From contig CAWIGG010000002.1 of assembly GCA_963835575.1 (NCBI GenBank), positions 608,001-672,000 of the forward strand: DNA of 64,000 bases, read 5' to 3'. The notes below the pieces were generated by a model. The model did not search any database. It worked only from the letters and a program-made list of their open reading frames with translations, and had not been told where the DNA came from. Every line of letters starts with the position of its first letter. The first letter of the stretch is position 1. The stretch is from an uncultured Spirochaetota bacterium (GTDB taxonomy: Bacteria > Spirochaetota > Brevinematia > Brevinematales > JAOACQ01). Shown here piece by piece: positions 28,800 to 40,518 of this stretch. The position numbers were made by a program, and so were the translations under genes.

Positions 28800-28815
28800 T
28801 GGCATCATAATTGCA
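28800..28815 (+). promoter_or_regulatory. Sigma54 (-24/-12) promoter candidate for gdhA
   Basis: TGGCAT-CATAA-TTGCA, exact GG-N10-GC spacing. Confidence 0.72.
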
Positions 28816-28914
28816 CCAATTATTCAAAATCTGTAAATATTTGAGAGGAAACAAATATTTATTTTAAAAGGAGCGATTTAATTTAGTTTGATCCAACGGC
28901 TTGGAAAAAACTAA

Positions 28915-30294
<1,380 letters not shown>

Positions 30295-30352
30295 GTTTTA
30301 TATTAGAAGAAAATATAAATTAATAAATAAAATTTTAGTAAGAGAAACAATT

Positions 30353-30384
30353 ATAAGGGAGGAAAGTATTCTTTCCTCCCTTAT
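30353..30384 (+). terminator. Stem-loop after gdhA
   Basis: ataagggaggaaag-tatt-ctttcctcccttat. Confidence 0.7.
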
Positions 30385-30515
30385 TGATAAGAAAACAGCA
30401 ATTCAATTTTATGACTCAAAAAAATTGTTATTATTGAGAATTTTCTCATCCTGTTTTATAATAAAATTTGCCTATAGCTCATATATGATCTGTTTGATTA
30501 TGAGAGGAGAAGAAG

Positions 30516-31343
30516 ATGATTACGATTGATGCGGCAAAACTGCATTATAAAGATTTGAACAAAAAAATCTATGATTCCATACAAGAGGGAGAAAAGCATA
30601 TTAAAGTTGAGAATGCCGTGGGCCACCGCTACATCGGCGACGGTTTAAGGGGCAGCGATGTCAGAATTGATCTTCACGGGACCGCAGGGAATGACCTGGC
30701 GGCTTTTATGAACGGCCCCTCGATTCATGTTTATGGAAACGCCCAGGATGGAATAGGGAACACAATGAATTCCGGCAGGGTTTATGTATATGGCGACGCC
30801 GGCGATGTTTTGTTTTACGGAATGAGGGGCGGTGAGGTTTATATCAAAGGCGATGTGGGCTACCGAGTGGGAATCCATATGAAAGAATATATGGATTATA
30901 TTCCGAAGGCGGTTATCGGCGGATGCGCCGGCGATTTCTTCGGCGAATATATGGCGGGCGGTTTTCTTGTTATTCTGGGCCTGAACAAAAAAGACAGGCC
31001 GATACTTGGAGATCATATCGCGACGGGAATGCACGGCGGCCGCATCTATATCAGGGGCGATGTGGAAGCGGACCATCTTGGAAAAGAAACAAAATCTTTC
31101 GAACTGGATGAAAATGATATGAAGATCATCAAACCGCTGATAGAGAATTTCTGCGAAGCCTTCGGGTACGACAGCAAAAAGATTTTAAAGGACAAGTTTA
31201 TAAAGCTTATTCCCGTGAGTAAAAGGCCCTACGGCAGGCATTATGTTCCGTTCTGGCATACTTTAACCAATAGAAAGGCGGTACTGCCGGGTTCTTATGA
31301 AGAAAACGGCTATCCTAAAGTTAGAAATATCCGGGATAGATAA
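30516..31343 (+). CDS. Glutamate synthase GXGXG beta-helix subunit (GltB domain 3-like)
   Basis: Repeated G..G...G..M.GG units, GDFFGEYMAGG, GMHGGRIYIRG. Confidence 0.9.
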   Translation: MITIDAAKLHYKDLNKKIYDSIQEGEKHIKVENAVGHRYIGDGLRGSDVRIDLHGTAGNDLAAFMNGPSIHVYGNAQDGIGNTMNSGRVYVYGDAGDVLFYGMRGGEVYIKGDVGYRVGIHMKEYMDYIPKAVIGGCAGDFFGEYMAGGFLVILGLNKKDRPILGDHIATGMHGGRIYIRGDVEADHLGKETKSFELDENDMKIIKPLIENFCEAFGYDSKKILKDKFIKLIPVSKRPYGRHYVPFWHTLTNRKAVLPGSYEENGYPKVRNIRDR

Positions 31344-31357
31344 AAAAGGGGAAAAGA

Positions 31358-32890
31358 ATGTTATATCAGCCGATTGTATCGAATTATTATGATTTCAAGG
31401 TTGTGCGCGATCAGAATAGATGTATAAAATGCATGGGGTGCGTCACCCAATGCTCATTTGAATCAAACTACTGGGACGAGGACAGGCAGACGATAGATTC
31501 GGTACACAGCAAGTGCATCGGCTGCCACCGCTGCGAGGCGTTCTGCCCGACCGACGCGATCTCCATCCAGCATAATCCTTCAAAATTCAGGGCAAACGGC
31601 TACTGGACAAAAAGGGAGATCAGGAATATTTACCTGAATGCCGAAACGGGCGCCATCGGATTTACCGGAATGGGGAATGATATGCAGACCCAGGCCGTCT
31701 ATTTCGACAGGATCCTGTTTGACGCCTGCCAGGTAACGAACCCGTCCATTGATCCCCTGCGCGAGCCGATGGAGCTTGTGACTTACCTGGGCAACAGGGG
31801 CAGGGAACTGGAAATGGAAGAAAAAAAGAAAAAAATAAAACTTCAAACCAGAGTTTCGAAACTCCTGAAACTGGATGTCCCCATAATTTTCGGGCCGATG
31901 TCTTACGGTTCGATCAATCTTAATGTTCAGAAAGCCCTGGCAGAGGCTTCGAAGAGGCATGGGACTTTCTGGGGGACGGGGGAAGGCGGTCTGCACCAGG
32001 ACCTTTATGAATACGGCAATAATACGATTGTTCAGGTGGCTTCGGGAAGGTTCGGAGTGCATGAGGAATACCTGAAAACCGGAGCGGCCATTGAAATAAA
32101 AATCGGCCAGGGCGCGAAGCCCGGCATCGGCGGGCATCTGGCCGGTGAAAAGGTGCTGGAAGATGTGGCTAAAACAAGAATGATCCCGATCGGGAGCGAC
32201 GCGATTTCGCCCGCCCCGCATCATGATATATACTCCATTGAAGATCTGCGTCAGCTGATCTATGCTTTAAAGGAAGCGACCCGGTATGAGAAGCCTGTGA
32301 GCGTCAAAGTATCGGCCGTTCATAACATCGCGGCCATTGCTTCAGGTATTGCCCGAGCCGGAGCGGATATCATCGTTGTGGACGGCTACCGCGGAGGTAC
32401 CGGCGCTACGCCTACGATCATCCGCGACCATACCGGCATTCCTATTGAACCGGCCATAGCCGTTGTTGATGAAAGGCTGAGGGAAGAAGGGATCAGGGAA
32501 AATGTCGGGCTGATCGCCGCCGGAGGAATCAGGAGCGCTTCTGATGCGCTCAAAGCCATTGCGCTTGGAGCTGACGCTGTTTATATAGCGACAGCCGCTT
32601 TAATGGCGGTTGGATGCACCCTCTGCCAGCAGTGCCATACAGGCCGCTGCGCCTGGGGTATTACGACTAACGATCCATATCTGGCTAAAAGGCAGAACCC
32701 CAATATCGCGGCCGAACAGGTTTCAAACCTGCTCAGGGCCTGGGAAATAGAGATGAAGGAAGTCCTCGGGAGCATGGGGCTGAACGCCATAGAAAGCCTC
32801 AGGGGCAATAAAGAGCGCTTGAGGGCGGTCGGTATGACGGAAAGCGAAATGCAGGTGCTGGGCTTGAAGCAAGCCGGCCTTGGAATGTAG
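31358..32890 (+). CDS. Glutamate synthase FMN-binding subunit with N-terminal 2x[4Fe-4S] ferredoxin domain (archaeal-type GltB2)
   Basis: CxxCxxCxxxC pairs, MSYGS, TGEGG, QVASGRFG, EIKIGQGAKPG.GGHL, SPAPHHDIYSIEDL, GCTLCQQCHTGRC. Confidence 0.93.
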   Translation: MLYQPIVSNYYDFKVVRDQNRCIKCMGCVTQCSFESNYWDEDRQTIDSVHSKCIGCHRCEAFCPTDAISIQHNPSKFRANGYWTKREIRNIYLNAETGAIGFTGMGNDMQTQAVYFDRILFDACQVTNPSIDPLREPMELVTYLGNRGRELEMEEKKKKIKLQTRVSKLLKLDVPIIFGPMSYGSINLNVQKALAEASKRHGTFWGTGEGGLHQDLYEYGNNTIVQVASGRFGVHEEYLKTGAAIEIKIGQGAKPGIGGHLAGEKVLEDVAKTRMIPIGSDAISPAPHHDIYSIEDLRQLIYALKEATRYEKPVSVKVSAVHNIAAIASGIARAGADIIVVDGYRGGTGATPTIIRDHTGIPIEPAIAVVDERLREEGIRENVGLIAAGGIRSASDALKAIALGADAVYIATAALMAVGCTLCQQCHTGRCAWGITTNDPYLAKRQNPNIAAEQVSNLLRAWEIEMKEVLGSMGLNAIESLRGNKERLRAVGMTESEMQVLGLKQAGLGM

Positions 32891-32893
32891 GAG

Positions 32894-33430
32894 GTGCGTG
32901 TGAAAAGAGTTTATCCTGTAGAGCAATACTGCATCGCATGCCATCTCTGCGAAGTGGCCTGCGTTGTCGAGCACTCAAAGTCAAAGAATATATTTTATGC
33001 CTTTTCGGAAAAACCGAAGGTGAATTCAAAAATAGAAGTCGAGATGAGCGGACCTCTTTCCTTTTCGGCAAGCTGCAGGATCTGCGTAAATGCCGAATGC
33101 GTGGAAGCCTGCCCGGTGGCGGCCATGTGGCGGGATGATGAAACCGGACTGGTTAAAGTTATCGATGAAAGATGCATCGGATGCTGGATGTGCATTATGG
33201 CCTGTCCGCAGGGTTCGATCACGACGCGCGTGGATGAAGACGTGAAACTGCGCCTGGCGGACAAGTGCGACCTGTGCGAGGGCAGGGCATTGGGACCGGC
33301 CTGCGTCCAGGCATGTCCGAACGACGCGCTTCTTTTTGAAGACAGGGATGAAAAAACAAAGGACGAGAAGCCGATGAAAGGTTCGGCTCATACCTTAATG
33401 GAAAGTGAAGACATGGCGTTGGAAGATTAA
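32894..33430 (+). CDS. 4Fe-4S dicluster electron-transfer protein (HydN/CooF-like)
   Basis: Four Cys clusters incl. CIACHLCEVAC, CIGCWMCIMACP, KCDLC....PACVQACP; start at GTG 32894 or 32900. Confidence 0.9.
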   Translation: MRVKRVYPVEQYCIACHLCEVACVVEHSKSKNIFYAFSEKPKVNSKIEVEMSGPLSFSASCRICVNAECVEACPVAAMWRDDETGLVKVIDERCIGCWMCIMACPQGSITTRVDEDVKLRLADKCDLCEGRALGPACVQACPNDALLFEDRDEKTKDEKPMKGSAHTLMESEDMALED

Positions 33431-33443
33431 CGGAGGAAGTTGA

Positions 33444-34733
33444 ATGAAAGCCAAATATGTGAGCATTGGTTATTCCGCTGGCGCGATCGGGATGGTGGAA
33501 GTGATCAGAAAGTACGATAAAAAGAGTAAAATATTAGCTATAACAAAAGAAAAGTTTACTGCTTACGGCCGCCCGGCCATTGTCGATTACGCCATGGGCA
33601 GGATTAATGATGACGGCATTGCATATAAAGGGCTCGGATATTCCAAATTCCGCAATGTCGATACGGTCCTGGGCAAGGAAGCCGTGAAAGTGGATGCCAA
33701 AGCGCATACAGTCGAGCTTTCCGACGGCCAGGTTGTCGAATATGAAAAGCTTCTTTTAAATATAGGCGGCAAACCCATCAGCCCGCCGATACCCGGCAAG
33801 GAATTAAAGGGGGTGATGTACTTCTTTAACCTGGAAGACGCTAAGGAAATGAGAAAAGCAGTCGTCGATAAAGGGGCAAAAAGGGCCGTTGTCATCGGCG
33901 GCGGGCTTATCGGTTTGAAAGCGACCGAAGCCCTGGCGCATCTCGGGGTAAAGGTGACTATAGTTGAACTGGCCCCTGCCATCCTGACCAGGGGTCTTGA
34001 TCCGGCCGGATCGGAACTGATGACGCAGAAAATGAAGGAATGCGATGTTGAGATTTTCACCGGGACCGAGGTTTCAGAGATCATCGGTGATAAATCCGTT
34101 AAAAAAGTCAGGCTCAAAACCGGGCATGAAATCGAAACCGACCTTGTTTTTATATCGATCGGCGTTACTCCGGATACGCGCCTTGCCGAGGAGAGCGGTG
34201 TCAAGGCGAACAGGGGAATAGAAGTCGACCGCCATATGCAGACAAACCTTAAGGATATCTATTCAGCCGGCGATGCGGCAAAAGGCTATAATTTCCTCAC
34301 TAAAGAAAACATGGTCATCGCGATATGGCCTGTGGCCCGGAAAATGGGTTATAATGCCGGTATGAATATGATGGGAATGGATAATGAATACGATGGTTCG
34401 ATACCGATGAACTCGCTCTTTTTTGATGATCTCTATACGATTTCCTTCGGCGAGACCAATCCGCAGAACCCGCAGGATTATGAAATTCTTGAGAAAAGAT
34501 ATGACAGTAAGACATACCGGAAAATAATCATTAAAGATTATCTCATTGTCGGCGCTGTTTTCGTAAATGATATTTCCCGTTCGGGAATCATAAAAGGAAT
34601 GATTTATGAAAAAATCCCGGTGACGGCGATCAAAGATCAATTGCTGAAAAAGGATTTTTCATTCATCGACCTGCCGAAAAAGTACAGGGATATTACTTAT
34701 ACGACGCCTTTTAAAGACCTTATTGCCAGATAA
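33444..34733 (+). CDS. FAD/NAD(P)H-dependent oxidoreductase (NirB-N/rubredoxin-reductase-like)
   Basis: VVIGGGLIG, T...IYSAGD. Confidence 0.88.
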   Translation: MKAKYVSIGYSAGAIGMVEVIRKYDKKSKILAITKEKFTAYGRPAIVDYAMGRINDDGIAYKGLGYSKFRNVDTVLGKEAVKVDAKAHTVELSDGQVVEYEKLLLNIGGKPISPPIPGKELKGVMYFFNLEDAKEMRKAVVDKGAKRAVVIGGGLIGLKATEALAHLGVKVTIVELAPAILTRGLDPAGSELMTQKMKECDVEIFTGTEVSEIIGDKSVKKVRLKTGHEIETDLVFISIGVTPDTRLAEESGVKANRGIEVDRHMQTNLKDIYSAGDAAKGYNFLTKENMVIAIWPVARKMGYNAGMNMMGMDNEYDGSIPMNSLFFDDLYTISFGETNPQNPQDYEILEKRYDSKTYRKIIIKDYLIVGAVFVNDISRSGIIKGMIYEKIPVTAIKDQLLKKDFSFIDLPKKYRDITYTTPFKDLIAR

Positions 34734-34737
34734 AAAA

Positions 34738-34769
34738 AAGGGCAGATACCTTCAAAGATATCTGTCCTT
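34738..34769. terminator. Stem-loop between convergent genes
   Basis: aagggcagata-N9-tatctgtcctt. Confidence 0.6.
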
Positions 34770-34781
34770 ATAAGACTTATT

Positions 34782-35294
34782 CTATTGCTTCTTTTCTATA
34801 AACTTATTCAAAGCGTCAACCAGGTCCTGCAGCTCATCGCCTTTCCTCAGGCGGAAGCGGAGAGTCTTATAATCAATCTTGCCTGAGGTCGCTTCTTCAA
34901 GGGTTCTTTTTATTCTGTATACAGGTCCGGCCATCTTATGCGAAATGAAAAGACCGAAGATGGCTATCATGACTATGAAAAGAATGCTCATGGTAACCAG
35001 CGGCTTCCAATAGAGCTGGAAAATGTTTTTTGATTTATTCATGTCAAAATACTTGTAGAGAACAGACATGTCTTTTGCCGTGTCCCTGTCGGATTGTAAT
35101 TTGATTGCCTGTAATTTTACAGGATCGGTTGTATACTGAAAATAGAGGCCTTTATTGAACCTGTAATAATTAACAACACCGAGGGCCATGAGAAAGAGGC
35201 CTAAACTGATTAGAATAAGCAGGGAAAAACGTCCAATAAACCGGATCTGAAAGGGTTTATCAATAAAATAACGCCATCTGAACTTTTTATTCAC
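34782..35294 (-). CDS. Two-TM membrane protein with C-terminal HAMP-like domain
   Basis: YFIDKPFQ..F, two TM helices, SHKMAGPVYRI...LRKGDELQDL...LN. Confidence 0.8.
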   Translation of the reverse strand: MNKKFRWRYFIDKPFQIRFIGRFSLLILISLGLFLMALGVVNYYRFNKGLYFQYTTDPVKLQAIKLQSDRDTAKDMSVLYKYFDMNKSKNIFQLYWKPLVTMSILFIVMIAIFGLFISHKMAGPVYRIKRTLEEATSGKIDYKTLRFRLRKGDELQDLVDALNKFIEKKQ

Positions 35295-35599
35295 AAAAAC
35301 CTCCTTGTAACTAACAATTTTCTTCTTTTATAATGTAAAATAAAATTTAATTTTGTCAATAGAAAAAATTATTTATAAGGTTATTATCGGCCGGCGCAGT
35401 CTAAATGAAAACTGTTTTTTTATTACCGGTAAAAAATATTTTTTAACCTGAATTTTTAGTTTTTCTCCTGAATCAGGATTATTTGAATTAGAGGCGGTTC
35501 TAAAAAAAATAAAATAATAGTTTTTGGAAGTACCCTTATTATATGATAAAGGCATTTCCATCATATTCCGATAAATAAAAGAAGAGGTATTTTATAAAA

Positions 35600-36481
35600 A
35601 TGAGAATATTTGTAATTATCCTGCTGTTTTTTTTAACTGACTGCGCCGTTCAAGTCCCTCCATCAGTAAAAAAGACACCGGTGAAATTTGATTCAAATGT
35701 TTCTATTGAATTCGGGCCGTTTTTTATACCTGCTAATAACAGCCTTAATTCGATTTCAATAAATTATTTTACAAAAGATAAGCAAAAGACATCCATTTAT
35801 TTTTCAATGGTCGGGGATCTGGACTGGCTGCGTTATGATAACGAGCTTTCAAGTTATCACAAAATGATATTCAGGGACCTGGAGGAAAACGCTGTATATC
35901 AGTTCAGAATTAACAGCCGTTCAGAAAAGCTTTTATCAAAGTCATTAATAAAGACAGTTCCTTACGGAAGCGATTATCAATTCGATTTTGCCCTGTCATC
36001 GATGGATTCGCATCTGGAAATTGAAAAAAGCCCTCATTTTATGATCCTCTTATCTGAAAAGAAGGTCATCAGCGAAAAGGATTTCATTCCTTTCTATAAT
36101 GCGAATAAAAAAATTATTTCTTCGACTATCATTGTCCCGCTTTTCGATCTCAGCATCAATAAAAATCTGATTTCCCTTTCCGAGGATGGGTTTTACTGCT
36201 TGAAATATAAAAGCGCCAATATCATTCTTGTCTATAAGGATTTTAAAGATACTGATAAAATTTCAAATTATCTTTCTCAAAATATCGATGACAGGAATTA
36301 CATTGTCGCCGGGCCGCTGGACCCGGATGTGCTCCGCCGGATAGCCGAACAATACCGGACAAAAGTAGAAGCGATTTATACCATTAAAAGGGAAGATGAA
36401 GGGCTTAAGAATATCCGCAGCATAGATAAATATGAATGGATCACAATAGCCAATAAAAATAATTTTGCCTTGAAAAATTGA
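35600..36481 (+). CDS. Exported hypothetical protein with FN3/purple-acid-phosphatase N-terminal-like domain
   Basis: Signal/lipobox-like N-terminus; GP, HKMIFRDLEENAVYQFRI. Confidence 0.5.
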   Translation: MRIFVIILLFFLTDCAVQVPPSVKKTPVKFDSNVSIEFGPFFIPANNSLNSISINYFTKDKQKTSIYFSMVGDLDWLRYDNELSSYHKMIFRDLEENAVYQFRINSRSEKLLSKSLIKTVPYGSDYQFDFALSSMDSHLEIEKSPHFMILLSEKKVISEKDFIPFYNANKKIISSTIIVPLFDLSINKNLISLSEDGFYCLKYKSANIILVYKDFKDTDKISNYLSQNIDDRNYIVAGPLDPDVLRRIAEQYRTKVEAIYTIKREDEGLKNIRSIDKYEWITIANKNNFALKN

Positions 36482-36491
36482 GGGAAAGAGG

Positions 36492-36941
36492 TTGAATATG
36501 AATAAGATCCTTTTAATAAACGGTCCGAACCTGAATATGCTCGGCTTAAGAGAGCCGGACAGGTACGGTACTGTCAGCCTGGATGAAATTGTCGCGGATG
36601 TTAAGAAAAAGGCCCTGGAAGCGGGATTTGATTTAAACAGCTTTCAATCAAACAGTGAAGGCGACATCATTGGGTTCATTCAGAAAGAAGGGCAGAAAGC
36701 CGCGGGTCTTATCCTGAACGCGGGCGCTTTTACCCATACTTCCATAGCTATCCGGGACGCCATCTTGAGCGTCAGGATACCTTTTGTGGAGGTCCACCTG
36801 TCGAATATTTTCGGCAGGGAAGAATTCCGCCACCGTTCCTATTTTTCGGACATCGCCGCCGGGATTGTGGCCGGTTTCGGCGCCTTTTCTTATATACTGG
36901 GCCTCGAGGCGCTCGTTGATATTATCCGGAAAAAAAGTTAG
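36492..36941 (+). CDS. aroQ: Type II 3-dehydroquinate dehydratase
   Basis: INGPNLNMLGLREP..YG, QSNSEG, NAGAFTHTSIAIRDA, EVHLSNI..REEFRH. Confidence 0.97.
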   Translation: MNMNKILLINGPNLNMLGLREPDRYGTVSLDEIVADVKKKALEAGFDLNSFQSNSEGDIIGFIQKEGQKAAGLILNAGAFTHTSIAIRDAILSVRIPFVEVHLSNIFGREEFRHRSYFSDIAAGIVAGFGAFSYILGLEALVDIIRKKS

Positions 36942-36982
36942 AATACCATGCGCTTTAGTGATAACTGGCAAGAGGAGCGTAA

Positions 36983-37768
36983 ATGATTAGAAAATATGCG
37001 TTTTTGTTATTTTTCTTAATTCTGACGGTATTATCATTCGGGCAGGACCTCGCGGAAGTCAAAAAGAATTATCTCCAGGGAGTGACTTCGCTGGCGAATA
37101 ATGATCTAAAGAGCGCCGAAGAATCATTTAACCGGGTCATTTCCGCCCATGCCGCAAAAAATAAAACATTCGATCCTTATATAGCGAAGTCCTATTATTT
37201 TCTGGGAGATATTTCTTTCATCAGGCAGGATTATGATAAGGCTGTTGATAATTATAAGCTGGTCGCCCGTCTTTATTACCAGGAAGATATTTATTCAAAA
37301 AGCCTGTATAAACTGGGCAGGACGCTTGTTATGGCGGGGCGCTATAGTGAAGGCATCGCTGTTCTTGAAGATTATATCGCGCAATATCAAAATAAGGATT
37401 TCCTGGAAGACCACAGCTATTACTGGATGGGCAGGGCCTGCGCGAAAAAGAATGATTATATCAGAGCGCTTTCTATTTATCAGTTTGTACTGGATAAATA
37501 CCCTTCGAGCGCCCTTTCATTTGAGCTGAGGAATTCAATTTCAACCCTGCAGGGTATTCTAGAAGAGCAGAACTCTCAGAGGAGCATGCAGGAAGAAAAA
37601 TCAACCGGCCTTCTGGATTTAAAACAAAAAAATGAATTGCTGGTAAAAGAAAAGAATATTCTGGAACAGATGTCCAGGCTCCTCCAGATCAAGCAGAGGC
37701 TCCTGGAAATAAAAGCGATAAAAGTTGAGGCTCTCGCGCGTTTAAAAGAACAAAACGAGGTGCAGTAA
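36983..37768 (+). CDS. Exported TPR protein (CpoB/BamD-like) with C-terminal coiled coil
   Basis: Signal peptide; TPR units SYYFLG, SLYKLG, SYYWMG; KYPSS. Confidence 0.8.
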   Translation: MIRKYAFLLFFLILTVLSFGQDLAEVKKNYLQGVTSLANNDLKSAEESFNRVISAHAAKNKTFDPYIAKSYYFLGDISFIRQDYDKAVDNYKLVARLYYQEDIYSKSLYKLGRTLVMAGRYSEGIAVLEDYIAQYQNKDFLEDHSYYWMGRACAKKNDYIRALSIYQFVLDKYPSSALSFELRNSISTLQGILEEQNSQRSMQEEKSTGLLDLKQKNELLVKEKNILEQMSRLLQIKQRLLEIKAIKVEALARLKEQNEVQ

Positions 37769-39274
37769 ATGAAACTGAATATCGGGGTCCTTCTTTTTTT
37801 ATTATTGACGGCCGCCGGTTACGGCAAATGGATCGAACTTTCCAATGATTATATAAAAATAGGAGTGGATAACGACACAGGCCGTTTGACCCTGTCCACA
37901 GTTGAGGGAGACGTCAGCATTTCATTTGATAATTTTAAGGATTTACTGTATTCCAAAACCCCGCCGACTTCCTTTACGACGCTTTCAATCAACGACGAAT
38001 ATTTCATATTCGGGAGCGACAGCGGTTATTTCAAACAGAGGCCTTTTATTGAAGGTAATAAGATAATAACCGAATGGGTGGTCAGGGATATTGACGTGAT
38101 CCAGGAAGCCGGTATAACAAAAGGCGCGAGCACCGGCCTGGAAGACACCATGCTTATTTCTTATAAAATTGCGAATAAAACGGGTAGAACAATAAAAATA
38201 GGGGCCAGGATCGTTCTTGACACAGTCCTGGATGATATTGAGCCTAAAGAGTTCGGCATTCCCGGCGCCGGGAATATCAGCAAGGAAACGCTGCTTTCAC
38301 ATGACGGAATTCCCGGCTTCTGGTACGCTTTTGACGATTACAGCAATCCGATTTTACGTACGGTCGGCACTTTCAAAGGAGAGGGTGTCGTTAAACCGGA
38401 CAGGGTTATTTTCGCGGCCTGGGACCGTTTTTATGATAATAAATGGGATTTTTCAGTCGATTCCTCCAGGGATTTCAGAAGGCAGGGTACAGCCCAGATG
38501 GACAGCGCTGTTGCCCTTTTTTATGATCCGGTTGAAAAAGGGAAAGATGAAATGAGGCAGATTAACACAATGTACGGAGTTTACGGGACAAGTGTCTTCA
38601 CCGGTGATGACATGTTTGTATCCATGAGCGTCCCGATGGAACTCAAGGGGCCTCCAGTCCCTGTAGCCGTCGATTTTAATAACCATTCTAAAAACCCCCT
38701 TGACAGGCTTCAGATTGAAATTATTCCGCCGCAGGGATTTAAACTTTCACCGGATGAAACGAATATGATCAATTATGTTAAAGTGAATTCCGGCGAATCA
38801 AAAAAAATGCTCTGGAACCTGACAGGCCTGAATACGGGAGGCACATATAATGTCAGGATCAAAGCGACCGGCTGGATCAATGAAGTCAGTCAATCAATAG
38901 AAGTGGATAAGGACTTCAGCATCGTGTCGCTTAAAACGAATATAAAACAGAATATTGTTACTGAAAAACCGGTTGTCCAGGTGGAAACGCCTGTGACAAC
39001 CGTACATGAAACCCTGCCGGAAACAGTCATACAGAAGCCGAATCCGGCCCTGTCCGAACAGGAAAGAAAATTATTGATGGAAATAAATGAACTGGATGAA
39101 TTGATCAGTCAGATCAGCAAAAAATACGAGATCATGATGGGCGTATATAAAAATCTCTATACCACTAACAACAGTTATATCCTGGACGCCGACAGCGATA
39201 TCAAGAACTTCCAGTCGGCCCTTGAAGAAGAGGAAGAGAAACTTTCCGATGAAATGTCGATCCTGAGAGATTAG
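37769..39274 (+). CDS. Exported hypothetical protein (beta-rich N-terminus, Ig-like middle, coiled-coil C-terminus)
   Basis: Signal peptide; 501-aa ORF abutting its neighbours in the operon. Confidence 0.65.
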   Translation: MKLNIGVLLFLLLTAAGYGKWIELSNDYIKIGVDNDTGRLTLSTVEGDVSISFDNFKDLLYSKTPPTSFTTLSINDEYFIFGSDSGYFKQRPFIEGNKIITEWVVRDIDVIQEAGITKGASTGLEDTMLISYKIANKTGRTIKIGARIVLDTVLDDIEPKEFGIPGAGNISKETLLSHDGIPGFWYAFDDYSNPILRTVGTFKGEGVVKPDRVIFAAWDRFYDNKWDFSVDSSRDFRRQGTAQMDSAVALFYDPVEKGKDEMRQINTMYGVYGTSVFTGDDMFVSMSVPMELKGPPVPVAVDFNNHSKNPLDRLQIEIIPPQGFKLSPDETNMINYVKVNSGESKKMLWNLTGLNTGGTYNVRIKATGWINEVSQSIEVDKDFSIVSLKTNIKQNIVTEKPVVQVETPVTTVHETLPETVIQKPNPALSEQERKLLMEINELDELISQISKKYEIMMGVYKNLYTTNNSYILDADSDIKNFQSALEEEEEKLSDEMSILRD

Positions 39275-39278
39275 GCAT

Positions 39279-40358
39279 ATGCAGAACTATACCCGGAACC
39301 GCCTGCAGAAAGTCCAGGAACAGTTAAAGGAAAAAGAAGCCCTCTTTATAAACCTCCCTGAAGAAGTTTCCTATCTGACAGGATTTACAGGAGACGATTC
39401 CTGTCTTGTTGTATTCAATCAAAAAACCTTTTTCATTACAGACGGCCGTTATGTGGAACAGTATAAACTGGAAAGCCGGATAGACGCCGGGCTTCTGGAA
39501 ATTAAACCGGATAGAAAATTGACACAAATACTGGCCGATTTAATTAAAAATAATCATATAGAAATTCTGTTTTTTTACAAAAAAGAGATCAGCTGTGATT
39601 TTATCGATAATTTAAAAACCGCGCTTGGTCCTGCCGATTTAAAAATTGAGAATTCATTGATTTTGAAAGAACTCAGGATCTGCAAGGATGAATACGAGAT
39701 TGAAATCATCCGGCAGAACCTCCTGATCACGGAGCTGGGCTTTCACATGATCATGCCATTGATTGAAAAGGGCAGGACAGAGGCCGAGATAGCCGCCGAT
39801 CTTGAGTATTACCTGAAGAAAAAGGGAGCCAAAAAAACTTCCTTCGATACGATAGTCGCCTCCGGCTTCCGGAGCGCACTGCCGCACGGCACCGCCGGCG
39901 ATAAAATGATTAATGATAATGAAATTGTCCTTTTTGACTTCGGGATAGTAAAAGACGGATACTGCTCAGACTTTACAAGGTGCTATTATTTTGGTACAAT
40001 AATCGACCCGAAAATCAGCGAGATCCATAAAGTCGTCCTGGAGGCCCTGAAAAAAGCCGAATCATTGATCGCTCCGGGTATACCGGCAAAGGAAATACAC
40101 GAAGCGGCGTCCGGCGTCATCCGGGAAGCCGGATACGGGGAGTATTTTACGCATTCCACCGGGCATGGCGTGGGACTGCAGATCCATGAGCTCCCGGGCA
40201 TCTCGCCGGGCGAGGAAAGGCTCCTCAAAGAAGGCATGGTATTTACGGTTGAACCGGGTATTTATCTGCCCGGCACCGGCGGCGTCAGGCTCGAGGACAT
40301 GGTCCTTGTGACAAAGAACGGCTGCGAGGTGCTGACGACTTCGGACTACAGTCTTTGA
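39279..40358 (+). CDS. Xaa-Pro aminopeptidase (M24B)
   Basis: YLTGFTG, TDGRY, SALPHG, DFG....GYCSD.TR, HSTGHGVG..IHE, TVEPGIY, GVRLED. Confidence 0.95.
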   Translation: MQNYTRNRLQKVQEQLKEKEALFINLPEEVSYLTGFTGDDSCLVVFNQKTFFITDGRYVEQYKLESRIDAGLLEIKPDRKLTQILADLIKNNHIEILFFYKKEISCDFIDNLKTALGPADLKIENSLILKELRICKDEYEIEIIRQNLLITELGFHMIMPLIEKGRTEAEIAADLEYYLKKKGAKKTSFDTIVASGFRSALPHGTAGDKMINDNEIVLFDFGIVKDGYCSDFTRCYYFGTIIDPKISEIHKVVLEALKKAESLIAPGIPAKEIHEAASGVIREAGYGEYFTHSTGHGVGLQIHELPGISPGEERLLKEGMVFTVEPGIYLPGTGGVRLEDMVLVTKNGCEVLTTSDYSL

Positions 40359-40518
40359 CCCGGGATACGGATAATCCGCTAAGCCACGCTAATGGACGCG
40401 AATCGGGATGATGGAAAAATAAGTATTAATGGAATGAAATATAATTAAGGAATTAAATATTAGCGTGTATTCGCGTGCATTCGCGGAAGATTCCGTGTTA
40501 GTCCTTATTATTTATAAT

